DNA of 60,066 bases from Octopus bimaculoides (lineage: Eukaryota), in NCBI RefSeq assembly GCF_001194135.2, contig NC_069004.1, positions 22,467,987 to 22,528,052 of the forward strand, in the 5' to 3' direction. Made by a program: the position numbers and the translations under genes. Under the pieces are notes generated by a model that was not told the origin of the DNA, searched no databases, and was given only the letters and a program-made list of their open reading frames with translations. This document shows, piece by piece, positions 11,869 through 23,962 of this stretch (the stretch's first letter is position 1; each line of letters begins with the position of its first letter).

Positions 11869-12060
11869 TAGGCACAGGAGTGGCTGTGTGGTAAGTAGCT
11901 TGCTTACCAACCACATGGTTCTGAGTTCAGTCCCACCTTGTGGCACTTTGGGCAAGTGTCTTCTACTATAGTCTCAGGCCGACCAAAGCCTTGTGAGTGG
12001 ATTTGGCAGGCGGAAGCTGAAAGAAGCCTGTTGTATCTATATATATATATATATATATAA

Positions 12061-12617
12061 CTTTTATAAGTAATATTCTAAAAGAATATGTAACTGAACT
12101 TATACTGTGTGCTCTATTTTTTGAGCAAATAAATATATATATGGAAGGAATGAACTTTACAAATTTCAGAAGGATTAATTTTACAATTTATAAGAAGGAC
12201 AGTATACATTTTATTATTATTTTTAATTTTTAATATTTCTAATGTTTTAATTAATATTATATATATACCATTGGTTCTTAATTCATCTCCGAAGAGCGGA
12301 ATTACTGATAGTATGTTGATCTTTTGATCACATTGTGATTATAGTAATATCCGCGAAACGATCGTCAGATGTTTAATTCTTTAAATTTTAGGCTTTTTTT
12401 TATATTTTAGACTTTACAATATTCATGCTTAATTACGTATAAAATTTTTATACGCATTTATATTCACATGTATCTTTATCTACATTCATATTTTTATACA
12501 TATTTATATTTATATTTCGTATATTTATATTATAAATTTTAAATTTATTATATTACCATGTCATATTGGATATATATCTTTAGAAATATTAAATATTGAT
12601 TTCCTGAGAATTTTATT
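12061..12617 (+). mobile_element. Probable Penelope-like element pLTR fragment
   Basis: An AT-rich insert inside (TA)n, carrying a type I hammerhead with a palindromic helix III, which is an established PLE pLTR hallmark. No RT or GIY-YIG coding sequence is visible and the right end runs into a gap. Confidence 0.55.
12284..12371 (+). ncRNA. Type I hammerhead ribozyme (C3-C4 core variant, palindromic helix III)
   Basis: Reads CATCT | CCGAAGA | GCGGA..TCCGC | GAAA CGATCG TC | AGATG. Stem I is 5 bp. Stem II is 5 bp, extended by ATTACT/AGTAAT and a GATC-TTTT-GATC hairpin. Cleavage is predicted after GUC at 12366. Confidence 0.85.
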
Positions 12618-12658
12618 NNNNNNNNNNNNNNNNNNNNNNNNNNNNNNNNNNNNNNNNN

Positions 12659-12730
<72 letters not shown>

Positions 12731-13174
12731 TGATGATGATGATGATATGTATGTATATGTTTGTGTGTCTGTGTTTGTCCCCCAACATCGCTTGACAGCG
12801 GATGCTGGTGTATTTACATCACTTAGCGGTTCAGCAAGAAAGACCGATAGAATAAGTACTAGGCTTACAAAGAATAAGTCCTGGGGTTGATTTGCTCGAC
12901 TAAAGGCGGTGCTCCAGCATGGCCACAGTCAAATGACTGAAACAAATAAAAGAATAAAGTAAAAGATGGTGGATTCATTATTTGAAGGAGGTTTAACTGC
13001 TATTTCTAGAGGGTCGAGCAACCATGTAGAACAGTACTTGCCAACATTTTTTAAAGATGATACACTTCTGTTTCACTAAAAATGAAATAATATGCAATAT
13101 ATAACCAGACACTCAAAAGTAAAGCCCTGTAATCAAAACAGCTAATCGATGTTTAGTTTTAATTTGTATCTTAC

Positions 13175-13390
13175 CATTTACTTGTTTCAGTCACTGGCCT
13201 GTGGTCATGCTGAGTCACTGCCCTGAAAGGTTTTAGTTGAATAAATTGAACTTAGTATAGATTTTTAAACTTGGTACTTATTCTGTTGGTCTCTTTTGCA
13301 GAATTGCTGAGCTAGGGGTATGTAAACAAACCAACACTGGTTATCAAGTGATGGGTGGAAAACAAACACTGACACAAAGAGACAACACAT

Positions 13391-13426
<36 letters not shown>

Positions 13427-13705
13427 ACATACTATCTTACTTGGAAACGGGTAAAGGTTAGCAACTAGAAGGGCATCCAGTCATAGAGAATCTGCCTCAA
13501 CAAACTCTACCCATCCCATGCAAGCCTGGAAAAGTGAACGTTAAACTGAAGATGATATACATAGCTGATAAGTTTCCATCTACCAAATTCACTAACAAGG
13601 CATTGGTTGGCTCTATAATGTAGTAGCAACCACTCAAGGTGCCATACAGTAGGACTGAACCACATGGTTACAAAGTGAGCTTCTTAACTACATAGCTGTT
13701 TGCAC
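13175..13705 (-). mobile_element. SINE family A copy (minus) interrupted by a plus-strand RTE 3' tail (~13460-13560)
   Basis: The 3' half lies at 13175-13400 and the 5' half at 13570-13705. AGAAGGGCATCCAG..CCCATGCAAGC lies between them. Confidence 0.65.
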
Positions 13706-13744
13706 CTATATATGAAAAAATAAATGAGAAAAAAATATTCTAAT

Positions 13745-13930
13745 TTTGGATAATTTCATGACATTTTTGTATAAATTTGCAGCACATTTGTGTAATTTTG
13801 TAACATCTCTATAATTTTGAGTCATATTTGCTTAATTTTGAGATACATTAACATCATTTTGTGGCATTTGTACAAATTTGCAACATATTTGTATAAATTT
13901 GTGGTACTTTGGTATTAGTTTGCAAATATA
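13745..13930. repeat. Degenerate ~21-22 bp minisatellite (CATTTGTATAATTTTG-like unit)
   Basis: The motif CATTT(G/T)T..AATTT(T)G recurs at roughly 21-22 bp spacing. Confidence 0.5.
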
Positions 13931-15206
13931 TTGGGAAGCATTGATATGAAGTACTACTTGTTAGGGAAAAATGTTGTAGTGGTAATTATTGGCCAGTTTA
14001 GTAACTTAGTGTTCAAAGTTGAAATCCTTGCATGGTTTACTCAGATTTTGCAATTTGGCTAAATCACTTCTAGAATGATAATTTTTTTTATAGTTGTGCG
14101 AAAAATATTTTTTAATTAAAAAATCCTCAGCTCATTTGCAGCAAATTACTATAATACAAATGTGAAAAATAATTTACATAATTAACTATGAGTTGTAGAA
14201 AAAAATAAAAATACTCTTGCTTGTATGTGCTTGTGATAATGTTGTGAGCAACAAGAGGAAATAAACCACTTAGAAGATTCATGTCTAACTTTAAAATGAA
14301 AAGGAAGTTTCAAACTTGATCAATGTCTTTTGAGTTGAGGTGAATATTCTTTTGTTTTAAATAAATATTAATGGCAATGAGCTGAAGGTCAAGTTGGTGC
14401 ATTAAACCATTGCAAGTAGCTAGGAACTTGCTCAGAAATTGACAGATTTCATTAAGAGAATGAGTTAAAAGTTTTCGATATTTCTTTGACGGTTTTTCTC
14501 AATTGGAAGGATTGCTTTAACACATTTGGTTTTTTATTTAGATCATCATAAGATTATTTTTAAAGGTTTCCCTTTCCACCCCTACACCCCACCTTTTTTT
14601 TATTTTTAGAGTTTTACATTCAACAAATTCACTTAATTTTTCCAATCATATAGAAACTTCAAATCAATACAATCACTGAAAGTTTATTTTTTCTATTTAG
14701 TTTTAATAAATCAATTTCATCTAATGGTTTGTATGGAGTTAGAAGTATTAAGTTTGTGTGACCTGAGAGTATTTTAATTTTCACTAACATTAGCAAAAAT
14801 TTAGAAGTTTATCTTTTTGTGTGAAGTTAGCCTAGATTTCTCTGTTTAATTTCAAATTTTTTTACTCTTACAACATCATTACTGTGCTGCACATATTCAG
14901 TGTCAATGGCATTCATTTAAGTTTTGTAATAGTACAGAGGCTCCCATAGCCTTCTTTACATAGTCTGCATTTGGTTTTTTAAAAATTGCTGCCAAAATTA
15001 ATTTTTATCTAAGATAATTTTTTTCTAAGATAATCATCAATATGGTCAATATTATAGAATTAAAAGCAACAATCAAATAGGCTGCCCATCTCACAGTGTA
15101 TATCATCACACGCACACACACACACACATGCACATACTTCCATACTTGTAGACACACATAAGCATGCTTGAATGCATACATGTATATATGTGTGTGTGTA
15201 TATATA

Positions 15207-16616
15207 TGAAACTGAGTAAAAAAATAAGCAACGTTTTGAAACATGAAATTCATCATAATATATTTCAACAATGCAGAAATATTATTCATCAAAGTAAGTA
15301 CTATTACAATCAACACATTTTTGCCAGCAAATTACAAGTTTGTTTATTCCAGTAAGATAAAAATCTGGAGTTCTGGAGCTGGTGAACTCTTTGAACACAC
15401 TTTCAGCAATGGTTTGATTTTTGAACTCCTTCTCTCGCAGGAAACCATCAAGGTGCTTGAAAAAGTGGTAGTTGGTAGGAGAAAGGTCTGGCGAATAAGC
15501 TGGGTAGGGAAGAATTTCATAGCCAAGTTCCCTCAACTTTTGGAGCATCATTAGTGAAATGTGCGGTTGAGCATTGTCATGACGAATGATTGGCCCTCTT
15601 CTGTTGACCAGTCTGTGATGGAGGAGTAGCAGTTTTTCATTCATTTTGGCAATTTAATGGCAATATGTTTCTGCAGTAATAGTTTTTCTGGGTTTTAGGA
15701 AGTTATAGTGAATGAGTCCAGCAGTACACCACCAAACAGTCACCGTAATCTTCTTTTTGAAGAGTTCAGGTTTTCAGTGCTTCATTTTGGTCCACCCACT
15801 GCAAAGAACATTTTTCATTATTGTACAGAATCCTCTTTTCATTGCAAGTTACAATACAGTTGAGAAACGGGTCGGTCTGGTTATGGAGAAGAAGTGACAA
15901 GCAAATTTCATATCTGCACGTTTTCTGATTTTCATTCAAATCATGTGGTACCCATTTGTTGAGGTTTTTTGATTTTCTGATCACATGCAAATGGTTGCAG
16001 GCAGTTTTCCAGCTAACTTGAAGTTCTTTTGCCAGTTCTCAAGTGGTTTTACATGGAAGGCGGCGAGCTGGTAGAAATGTTAGCACACTGGGTGAAATGC
16101 TTAGTGGTTTTTCATCTGTCTTTACATTCTGAGTTAAAATTCCACTGAGGTTGACTTTGCCTTTCATCTTTTTCGGGGTTGATAAATTAAGTACCAGTTG
16201 CATACTGGGGTCGATCTAATTGACTGGCCCACTCTCCAAAAATTTTGAGCCTTGTGCTTAAAGTAGAAAAGAGTGGTTTTGCGTGGATCTTTCTCAATGA
16301 TGCTTTTTAATTGACCGTTATCGATGACGATGGGTGTCCACTATGCTCACAATCTTCAAGGCTCAGGTCTCCATTGCTTTACATCCATTTTTGAAATTGA
16401 ATAGAAAAATTGCTTGAATATTGCACTTTGACAGTTCCATTTCAGATGATTGTAACAATGGTGAAAAATATATCAATGTTAATTTATTGATACATTTGGG
16501 GACGTCTATGTATTATCAGACAATTGCAACAAAATGTTTTTAAAAAATTCAAAACTCTGCAAAAATCCGGTACAAATTCTTCATGGTTCAAAACGTTACT
16601 TACTTTTTACTCAACA

Positions 16617-16619
<3 letters not shown>
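15207..16619 (-). mobile_element. Mariner (cecropia/Hsmar1-like) relic with both TIRs, interrupted by a SINE
   Basis: Transposase text includes LVNRRGPIIRHDNAQPH..PYPAYSPDLSPTNYHFFKHLD..WQKCVDCNSTYFDE and WVPHDL..CNEKRILY. About 40-bp imperfect TIRs (GAGTAAAAA.TAAG.AACGTTTTGAA.CATGAA) have TA flanks. The ORF has stops and frameshifts. Confidence 0.92.
16051..16271 (+). mobile_element. SINE family B inserted in the mariner
   Basis: The 9-bp TSD AGTGGTTTT lies at 16042-16050 and 16272-16280. Confidence 0.85.
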
Positions 16620-16647
<28 letters not shown>

Positions 16648-17021
16648 NNNNNNNNNNNNNNNNNNNNNNNNNNNNNNNNNNNNNNNNNNNNNNNNNNNNN
16701 NNNNNNNNNNNNNNNNNNNNNNNNNNNNNNNNNNNNNNNNNNNNNNNNNNNNNNNNNNNNNNNNNNNNNNNNNNNNNNNNNNNNNNNNNNNNNNNNNNNN
16801 NNNNNNNNNNNNNNNNNNNNNNNNNNNNNNNNNNNNNNNNNNNNNNNNNNNNNNNNNNNNNNNNNNNNNNNNNNNNNNNNNNNNNNNNNNNNNNNNNNNN
16901 NNNNNNNNNNNNNNNNNNNNNNNNNNNNNNNNNNNNNNNNNNNNNNNNNNNNNNNNNNNNNNNNNNNNNNNNNNNNNNNNNNNNNNNNNNNNNNNNNNNN
17001 NNNNNNNTATATATATAATAT

Positions 17022-17625
17022 AGGGGGGAATGAATTAATTGTCTAAGTTACGCAAAAATGAAAATGACACTGATATTTCATTTTAACTGATATATTTAAC
17101 AAAATTACATGAAAATATTTTGAAATGCGAAAGAGTAAATTTATTCAATAAAATCGCCACTGGCTTCAACCATGGCCTCCAGATGATTTTGGAATCTCCT
17201 GCAACTCTTCTGGACGGTCTCCTTGTTTAAGTTGTTGAATGCTGCCATAATTCTTGCCTTCACTTCATCTTTGGTATTACAAGAAGTTTTGTTGGTCTCT
17301 CACTCAAATGTGCTCCACACATAATAATCAAGGGGGTTGCAGTCTGGGGAGTTAGGTGACCAGATGTTAGGGGTGATGTGGTCGCAGAAATTATCTGACA
17401 GCCATGACTGTGTTCTCCTGCTTGTGTGGCATGGTGAAGAGTCCTGTTGCCAGCAGCCACCCTCTTCACCCAGAGCAGCACTACCTCCTCAAGGCACTTG
17501 ATGTAGGCCTCCCCATGTTGAGGCTGAGGCTGTGTGGGAAGATGAATGGAGGCATAATGTCACCATCACTAGTGATCACTCCAAACACCATGATGTTGAC
17601 TGGATGTTTATTCACCATACCCTGA
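17022..17625 (-). mobile_element. maT (DD37D, Bmmar1/mori-like) transposon, 3' part
   Basis: The minus strand reads IMVFGVITSDGDIMPPFIFP..WQQD-(37 aa)-DYYVW with WSPNSPDCNPLDY. I counted exactly 37 residues between the second and third acidic residues. It has a frameshift and a stop. Confidence 0.85.
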
Positions 17626-17639
17626 ATATATATATATAT

Positions 17640-17678
<39 letters not shown>

Positions 17679-17709
17679 ATGTATATATGTATGTGCATGT
17701 GTGTATATC

Positions 17710-17742
<33 letters not shown>

Positions 17743-17870
17743 GTATATATATATATAGATATTACATACACATGCACCTATATGCACGTAAGAATGCTTA
17801 CATACATGTATGTATATTTACATGCACACAAACATACACACACACGTTTGTGTATGTATACATGTGTGTG

Positions 17871-17905
<35 letters not shown>

Positions 17906-18130
17906 NNNNNNNNNNNNNNNNNNNNNNNNNNNNNNNNNNNNNNNNNNNNNNNNNNNNNNNNNNNNNNNNNNNNNNNNNNNNNNNNNNNNNNNNNNNNNNN
18001 NNNNNNNNNNNNNNNNNNNNNNNNNNNNNNNNNNNNNNNNNNNNNNNNNNNNNNNNNNNNNNNNNNNNNNNNNNNNNNNNNNNNNNNNNNNNNNNNNNNN
18101 NNNNNNNNNNNNNNNNNNNNNNNNNNNNNN

Positions 18131-18170
<40 letters not shown>

Positions 18171-18176
18171 TCACAC

Positions 18177-18210
<34 letters not shown>

Positions 18211-18259
18211 TCACACCCTCACACACACACATAAATGCATACATACATATGTACATACA

Positions 18260-18458
18260 AAAATGAGATGACAAAGAAATAAATGATTAGCTTATGAACT
18301 TCATTAGCTTACAGCTATAAGATGCAGTAGGTTCATAGTTGAGTGCCTGAACTATGTTGAGTGCACTCAACTACGAATCCATTGCATCTTATAGCAGGAA
18401 CAGTTGTAAGCTAATGAAGTTTGTAAGCTATTTGTTTATTTGTTTCTCATCTCATTTT
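18260..18458. repeat. ~200-bp palindrome / fold-back MITE-like hairpin
   Basis: AAAATGAGATG..CATAGTTGAGTGC pairs with GCACTCAACTACG..CATCTCATTTT around a ~16-nt loop. Confidence 0.75.
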
Positions 18459-19080
18459 CTTATTACCATTCTGCACTCAACTCTCGCTTTGTTCTGAAGC
18501 ATATTTATATTGAGTTTTACACTACCAGATCTACTCACAAAGCTTTGGTTAGCTCAAGGCTGTAGTTGAAAACACTTGCCCAAGGTGCAAAGTGTATGTA
18601 AAAGAATAATGATGATTTTAATAGAAAGAATAAATTATCTTGTGTTATCTGTGGTATTTGAAACCATACTCTAACTTTTCAACAATATGATTTTTATGCC
18701 TGGAACTTTCATGATAGCATTCTGGCCAAGAACATTGAGCCTTTTCATATCAACCTTGCAAAATTTATTTTATATTTCTCTCCCACCCCAGTGACAAAAT
18801 TCCAGGATAAAAGAACTGAAACCCAACTTCTCTAGATACAGGATTTTGTTATACTTCTAATATATTTATGTGTGAGTGTGCATGTGTACACACACACGCA
18901 CAGTGTGTTCTGCTTGGTTATAACCAGAACAAAATGACTCTGATAAGAGTAGCATTAATTTGCTAGGTCGTTCACTTTTCTCAATTGATCAATAATGATC
19001 CTATAACGACTACTAGAAACAGCTGAAAGTCAAATTTACTACAATAAAGAAATATATAATGACCATCACTTATGCCTTGT

Positions 19081-19132
<52 letters not shown>

Positions 19133-19829
19133 AGGCAGTTCCCTAGCATGGCCTCAGTCTAATGACTGAAAGAAGTAAAAGATAAATATATATTCAACAG
19201 TCGTTATATGTGTGTATATAAACATTTGGGAAAATATTTGTGTTGTCTGAATTAAAGCCTGTTTTATTAAGAAGCTGTTTATTCATGAAATAGCCAATAT
19301 ATATGCAGAAACCACAACAACCATGTCCATGCTTTAAAATTCAATCTGAAACGGATTAGAATTAAGCCAATCAACTTGATAATTAACCTTGTATGAATAT
19401 ACTGCAAGATGGATCTGGATTGTATTTCATGTTTTTCTTTTTTCTTTTTATTTATTGTTTTACATATTTTTCTCCATTCTGGCATGAGTGGGATGGCTTT
19501 TGTGATTGTGGAGCTTTTGGAAAATGATAAAAAAGAATTTTTTTACAGATCTATATTGTTTCTGTTGCTAACCAATCAACTGTCAAGTATGAGTTGTTTT
19601 TTTTCTTTTTAAGGCAGTCAATTAACAAAGTTGTGAGAATGTAGGATGGAATGCATGGCAATATTTTCTTAATTTCTTGAGGGTTGCCGTCTTGGCAGGG
19701 CCTCCCAGACTGGTGGTGATATTGACATGATTGAATTACATATCTAAACATCAATGTTTGCAGGAAAAACTTTGGACAAGGAGAAAATTTCAAAAGGTTG
19801 CAGTTCTGGAAAGAAATAACAATGAAAAA

Positions 19830-19938
19830 GATTTAGCATGGGATCTAATATGATTGTCGGCGACTAAACTGGTAACCCCATCAAGCTTGCTTAGTGAGGA
19901 GGGTGATTGTTGGACACCCTGTGGGGCGAAAAATAAGA
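19830..19938 (+). ncRNA. HDV/CPEB3-like ribozyme remnant at the RTE 5' end
   Basis: P1 GATTTAG/CTAAACT (6/7), P2 TCTAATAT/AAATAAGA (6/8), GG at 19871-72 and P4 CCCCA..TGGGG are present. J4/2 is CGAA, with the putative catalytic C at 19927. The P3/L3 segment is short or degenerate. Confidence 0.5.
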
Positions 19939-21577
19939 CCCGTCAAAAAGCAGAACTACTGTGTAGTCAACAGCCAATTCAACAAGTACCTGGAGAGCTA
20001 TGCTGGAGGGAGAGAAATCTTCGGGCAGGTCTTATCAAGCCAGACAGGTCGAAGGGTAGGAGACAGACAAAACCATAACAACAATAAATCGAAGTTTCGG
20101 CAGCAAGGTGTGGATTTAGTTATCAGCAGGAATTAACAGATCAGATTCCTGGCTTTGAACTAGCAGGATGTCATGCAGAGAATTTTGAATACAAGACAAT
20201 GGATGAAACCCTAATATTCTTAGTTAGCTGGAAAATGTGAGACCACATGGAGCAGCACCCTGTGACTCCTATAGTATGTATGACCGAAACCCCTATGAAT
20301 CCACATATTAACAGCACTAGGGTTAGAGCCCCTGTCTCAGACATTCTGGATGTTCAAGCAAGTTGCATAAAAACTGACAAAGGTACTTCTTTAAATCCAA
20401 CTGGAAGACAAGTAGCTGATAGCAAGAACAGAGGAATCAAACTTATGAACAGTAAAAAGTACCTGCAAATTGGAACACTCAATGTAAGAACACTTAAGGA
20501 AAAAGAGAAACGTCTGGAGATGGCTAACAACTTTAACAAATGCAAACTAAACATCCTTGGAGTAGTTGAACACAAGGTAGAAGAGGACCCTTCTCTCATT
20601 GAACAACTTGAAGGCTACACACTAATAACAACAGGTGCATGGAGAAATACTAATGGTGCTGCAGCAGGAGGGGTAGGATTAATAATCAACAGTTTGGCAG
20701 AGAAAGCATTAGCTGAAATAATACCAGCAAATGACAGAATAGTCACAGCCACGTTCAATGGAAACCCATCCACTTCAGTAGTTATTAACTGTGCACCCAT
20801 AGAGGGAAGCAAGGATGCAGAGGAGACTCTGCTGATGACCTGGCATTACTAACAGAGAGGACAGATCAGGCACAGGAGGGGCTGAGCAGATTAGAGCAAG
20901 AATCAGGGATTGTACTGTAATGCAAACAAAACAGAGTTGCAAGTATTCAACCACAAAATGCCTGTGTCAGTGAAAGTGAGACACGGGAAGTCACTGAAGG
21001 TAGATGAAAATTTCAAATACCTTGGTGCATGGACACAAAGTACTGAAAAAGACATTGTAGCAAGGAAAGCTCTTGCCTGGAGTGCAAGCCATAAATTCAG
21101 AAAGGTATGGAGTTCAAAGTTAACAAAGAAATTGAAAGTGAGGTTGTTTCTGGCAACAGTGGAGTCTGTTCTTCTATACGGAGCTGAAACATGGATGCTC
21201 ACTGAAGCATTGAAGAAGCAGTTGGACAGTTGTTATGTGAGGGTGCTTAGAATGCCACTCAATGTCTCCTGGAAGAGTCATACGACAAACGCTGACTTAT
21301 ACCAGGGACTACCAAAAGTAACATTGAAGATACAGCATAGAAGGATGAGGCTAGCTGGACATTGCATCAGACACACCGATGAAATTGCTAACAAGCTAGT
21401 GCTCTGGCAACCAACAGAAGGAAGAACCAAGAGAGGAAGGAGGAAGATGACTTACATCGATATCTTGCTAGAGGATACTTGTATGGAAGGGGTACAGGAG
21501 CTGAGGACCATTATGGAAGATCGAGACGAATGGGGAAAATATGTGGAAACAGTCTTGGGACGACCTAGATGAGATGA
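19830..21577 (+). mobile_element. RTE-clade LINE keeping the 5' UTR and 3' tail but internally deleted (EN N-half fused to RT at ADD)
   Basis: The 5' UTR block is GAGAGCTATGCTGG..CAGACAGGTCGAAGGG. The APE fragment LQIGTLNVRTL..AWRNTNGAAAGGVG jumps at ~20824-20830 to GCTGATGAC (ADDLALL). FKYLG..LLYGAETW..GRTKRGRRK..PR* and a GATGAGATGAT tail follow. The 5' end is at 19830 or 19853. Confidence 0.88.
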
Positions 21578-21626
21578 TAATATGGTGGGAGGCAGAAAGA
21601 CATGTGTCAAAGAACCTAGGTGAAGT

Positions 21627-21675
<49 letters not shown>

Positions 21676-22852
21676 GCTAGCTAGTTCAGAGGAACAAAAG
21701 TTATTGTAGTTGTAGTAGTAGGAGAGGAAGAGCAGGTAGAGAGAAGAAAGTGTATCAGTAAGTTAGTGATTATAATAATGTGTTGATGAGCGAACCATTC
21801 CAGTTATTTTGTTGGCTATATTTTGGATGCAGTCTGAGCTGATTGTGTCCAACAGCAGCAGAACCTCATATGGATCTAGAGTCAGCAACTGATCGAAGCT
21901 TAAGTATTTTCTTGGTGCTGATGAGGAATTCAAGCCTTTATAATGAAATTTTGGCAATTCCATGTATAAAAGGTCACTCTGAGAGATTATCAGGATATAT
22001 ATATATAGCCAAGGCTTAGTAATTCCTTAGCCACTTCATCATCATGATCATAATCATCTTTAATTACAACATCTATAAAAGGCTGATTGCCTGAATATTA
22101 ATTTTGTTCAGTTCTCAAAAGAGATATTGAGGAACAATACTAATATTCCAGACCAAAATAACAAGTTAGGTTGTTAAATGCTGTAAGAAATGTTGGAGAA
22201 CTGCCAACCAGGCTTTGTTTTAGTTGATTTATTCCTATTATTATTTGTAGTATAATAAGAATGATGATAATAATGATAAATAGAAGAAGAATCACCATCA
22301 TTAGCATTTTCCTGTAGTCTTCTTCTTCTTCTTCTTCTTCTTCTTCTTCTTCTTCTGTTGTTATTAGTATATTTTTTATTGTTGCTATTAGTATATTTTT
22401 TTTATTGTCTTGGGTGCTGGAAGTTAATAATTCGGTCAGATATTAAAACATATTGTACTGAAGCAAAAATTCTTCCTCCTTTGATGAATCTTTTGCTCTC
22501 AATAACCATTTAGGGCAGACAGTATTAGAGGAGGAGAGGGATGTAGAAGATGGGAGGGAGAGAAAGAGAGAGAGAGTAGTACTGGTATGTATACGTGTAG
22601 TTTGTGTTAGAGTAATTGAGTAGGATAAGATAGAATTGTCTTAGTCTCTGACCTCTCAACAGAAAAAAAGTACTATTTGTTTCTTAAGAGAAGAACTGTG
22701 CTAGTTATTAAAGAATTCAATTTTAACGATATTAACTAGCAGAAACATAAAATTTGGTCTGCAACAGAATGTAAAGAGATTGCTAAAAGCTAAGAGAAAA
22801 AAGAGCTTATAGTGCAATTTTTAAATATTCTCTTTTACTCTTTCAGCTTCTT

Positions 22853-22853
<1 letters not shown>

Positions 22854-22940
<87 letters not shown>
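22854..22940. repeat. (CT)n microsatellite
   Basis: Read directly from the sequence. Confidence 0.98.
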
Positions 22941-22947
<7 letters not shown>

Positions 22948-23314
22948 TACTTATTTCACCTTCCTCAATCTCTCATATAATATTTTAAGATCAGTGATAT
23001 TGGTTTCCTTTGATATTATTTTCTTTGATATGATTTTAAAAAATATATTTTTGTTTTTCTTCATTATTTCCTGTAATAATTCCCCTAAATCTTTATTGTA
23101 CTTTTATTTCATTTTTCTTGTTGAAATAAAACAAACCAATATTACTGCAAGCTTTATGAGTGAATTTTATGAGGAAATATGCAATATTAATATTAAAACT
23201 TATTCTCTTAACCCCATCGTGCACACACACACATACACATACACATACACACACACTCACACCATTGTCTAATTATTTTGTTGTCAGGTTTGAGTTTGTT
23301 TAGTGAAATATGCC

Positions 23315-23356
<42 letters not shown>

Positions 23357-23534
23357 TTCATCCTTCTATTGTATATTTTACACTGATTCTCATATTATGC
23401 TTCCACTTACAGCCAATTAGTAATTACTTTCAATTTATTTTTTTAAGCAAAACTGAAATAATGAAACATGTTGATTGAGAATGTTTTAAGGTCTTTGATT
23501 GATGAGCAGCAGGATATGAGTTTAAGTTATTATG

Positions 23535-23825
23535 AAATTATTGTTGTTTAGCACCAGATGAGTTCTGATTTACCAGAACTGTTTGTGATTAAAGACATTC
23601 CAGCTATAAACATTACTGTCTTAATATTCAGTATGATCAGAGGCATTAGCAATATGATTCAGCTGGAACTAATTTTTTTTTCTCTGACATAGAGTATCTA
23701 AGACTACATTATTCAGTGTCTTCTTCCTTTTTCTAAGAGAGTAGAGTGTGATTTGAGGTAGATTTGGCTGCTATTTGTAGCAGGTTGAATGACCGTTTAG
23801 AAGCCATATCATTGGTTAGGTTCTT
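23535..23825 (+). repeat. Dispersed repeat family D copy
   Basis: Contains GACATTCCAGC..CTAAGACTACATT..GTGTGATTTGAGGTAGATTTGGCTGCTATTTGTAGCAGG. Confidence 0.6.
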
Positions 23826-23962
23826 ACAAGGCTGTTGTTAAACTGTGAGTTATCTACTTCTGCAGATTTGAGACCAAAGGCATTCTAATCTTGTCAATCC
23901 TGTTTATTTTTAGATCTAGTGTATTATTCATTACATTATTACTACACAGGTGTTAAAGCGTT

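Larger units (their letters stand above)
11870..12965 (+). mobile_element. SINE family A copy split in its central microsatellite by a hammerhead-bearing insert and an N-gap
   Basis: The 5' half spans 11870-~12058 and the 3' half ~12730-12965. About 560 bp of unrelated sequence lies between them. Confidence 0.75.

Noticed and set aside
11870-11945. tRNA-like sequences (SINE heads, also ~44895-44915)
   Set aside because: They have A/B-box similarity only, form no complete cloverleaf and are embedded in SINE bodies.
12061-12617. Very AT-rich stretch as a possible NUMT or mitochondrial control region
   Set aside because: No mitochondrial gene or tRNA is recognisable; the hammerhead explains it better.
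21763-21963. 66-aa minus-strand ORF with protein-like composition
   Set aside because: I recognise no domain, and there is no convincing splice donor or linked exons.
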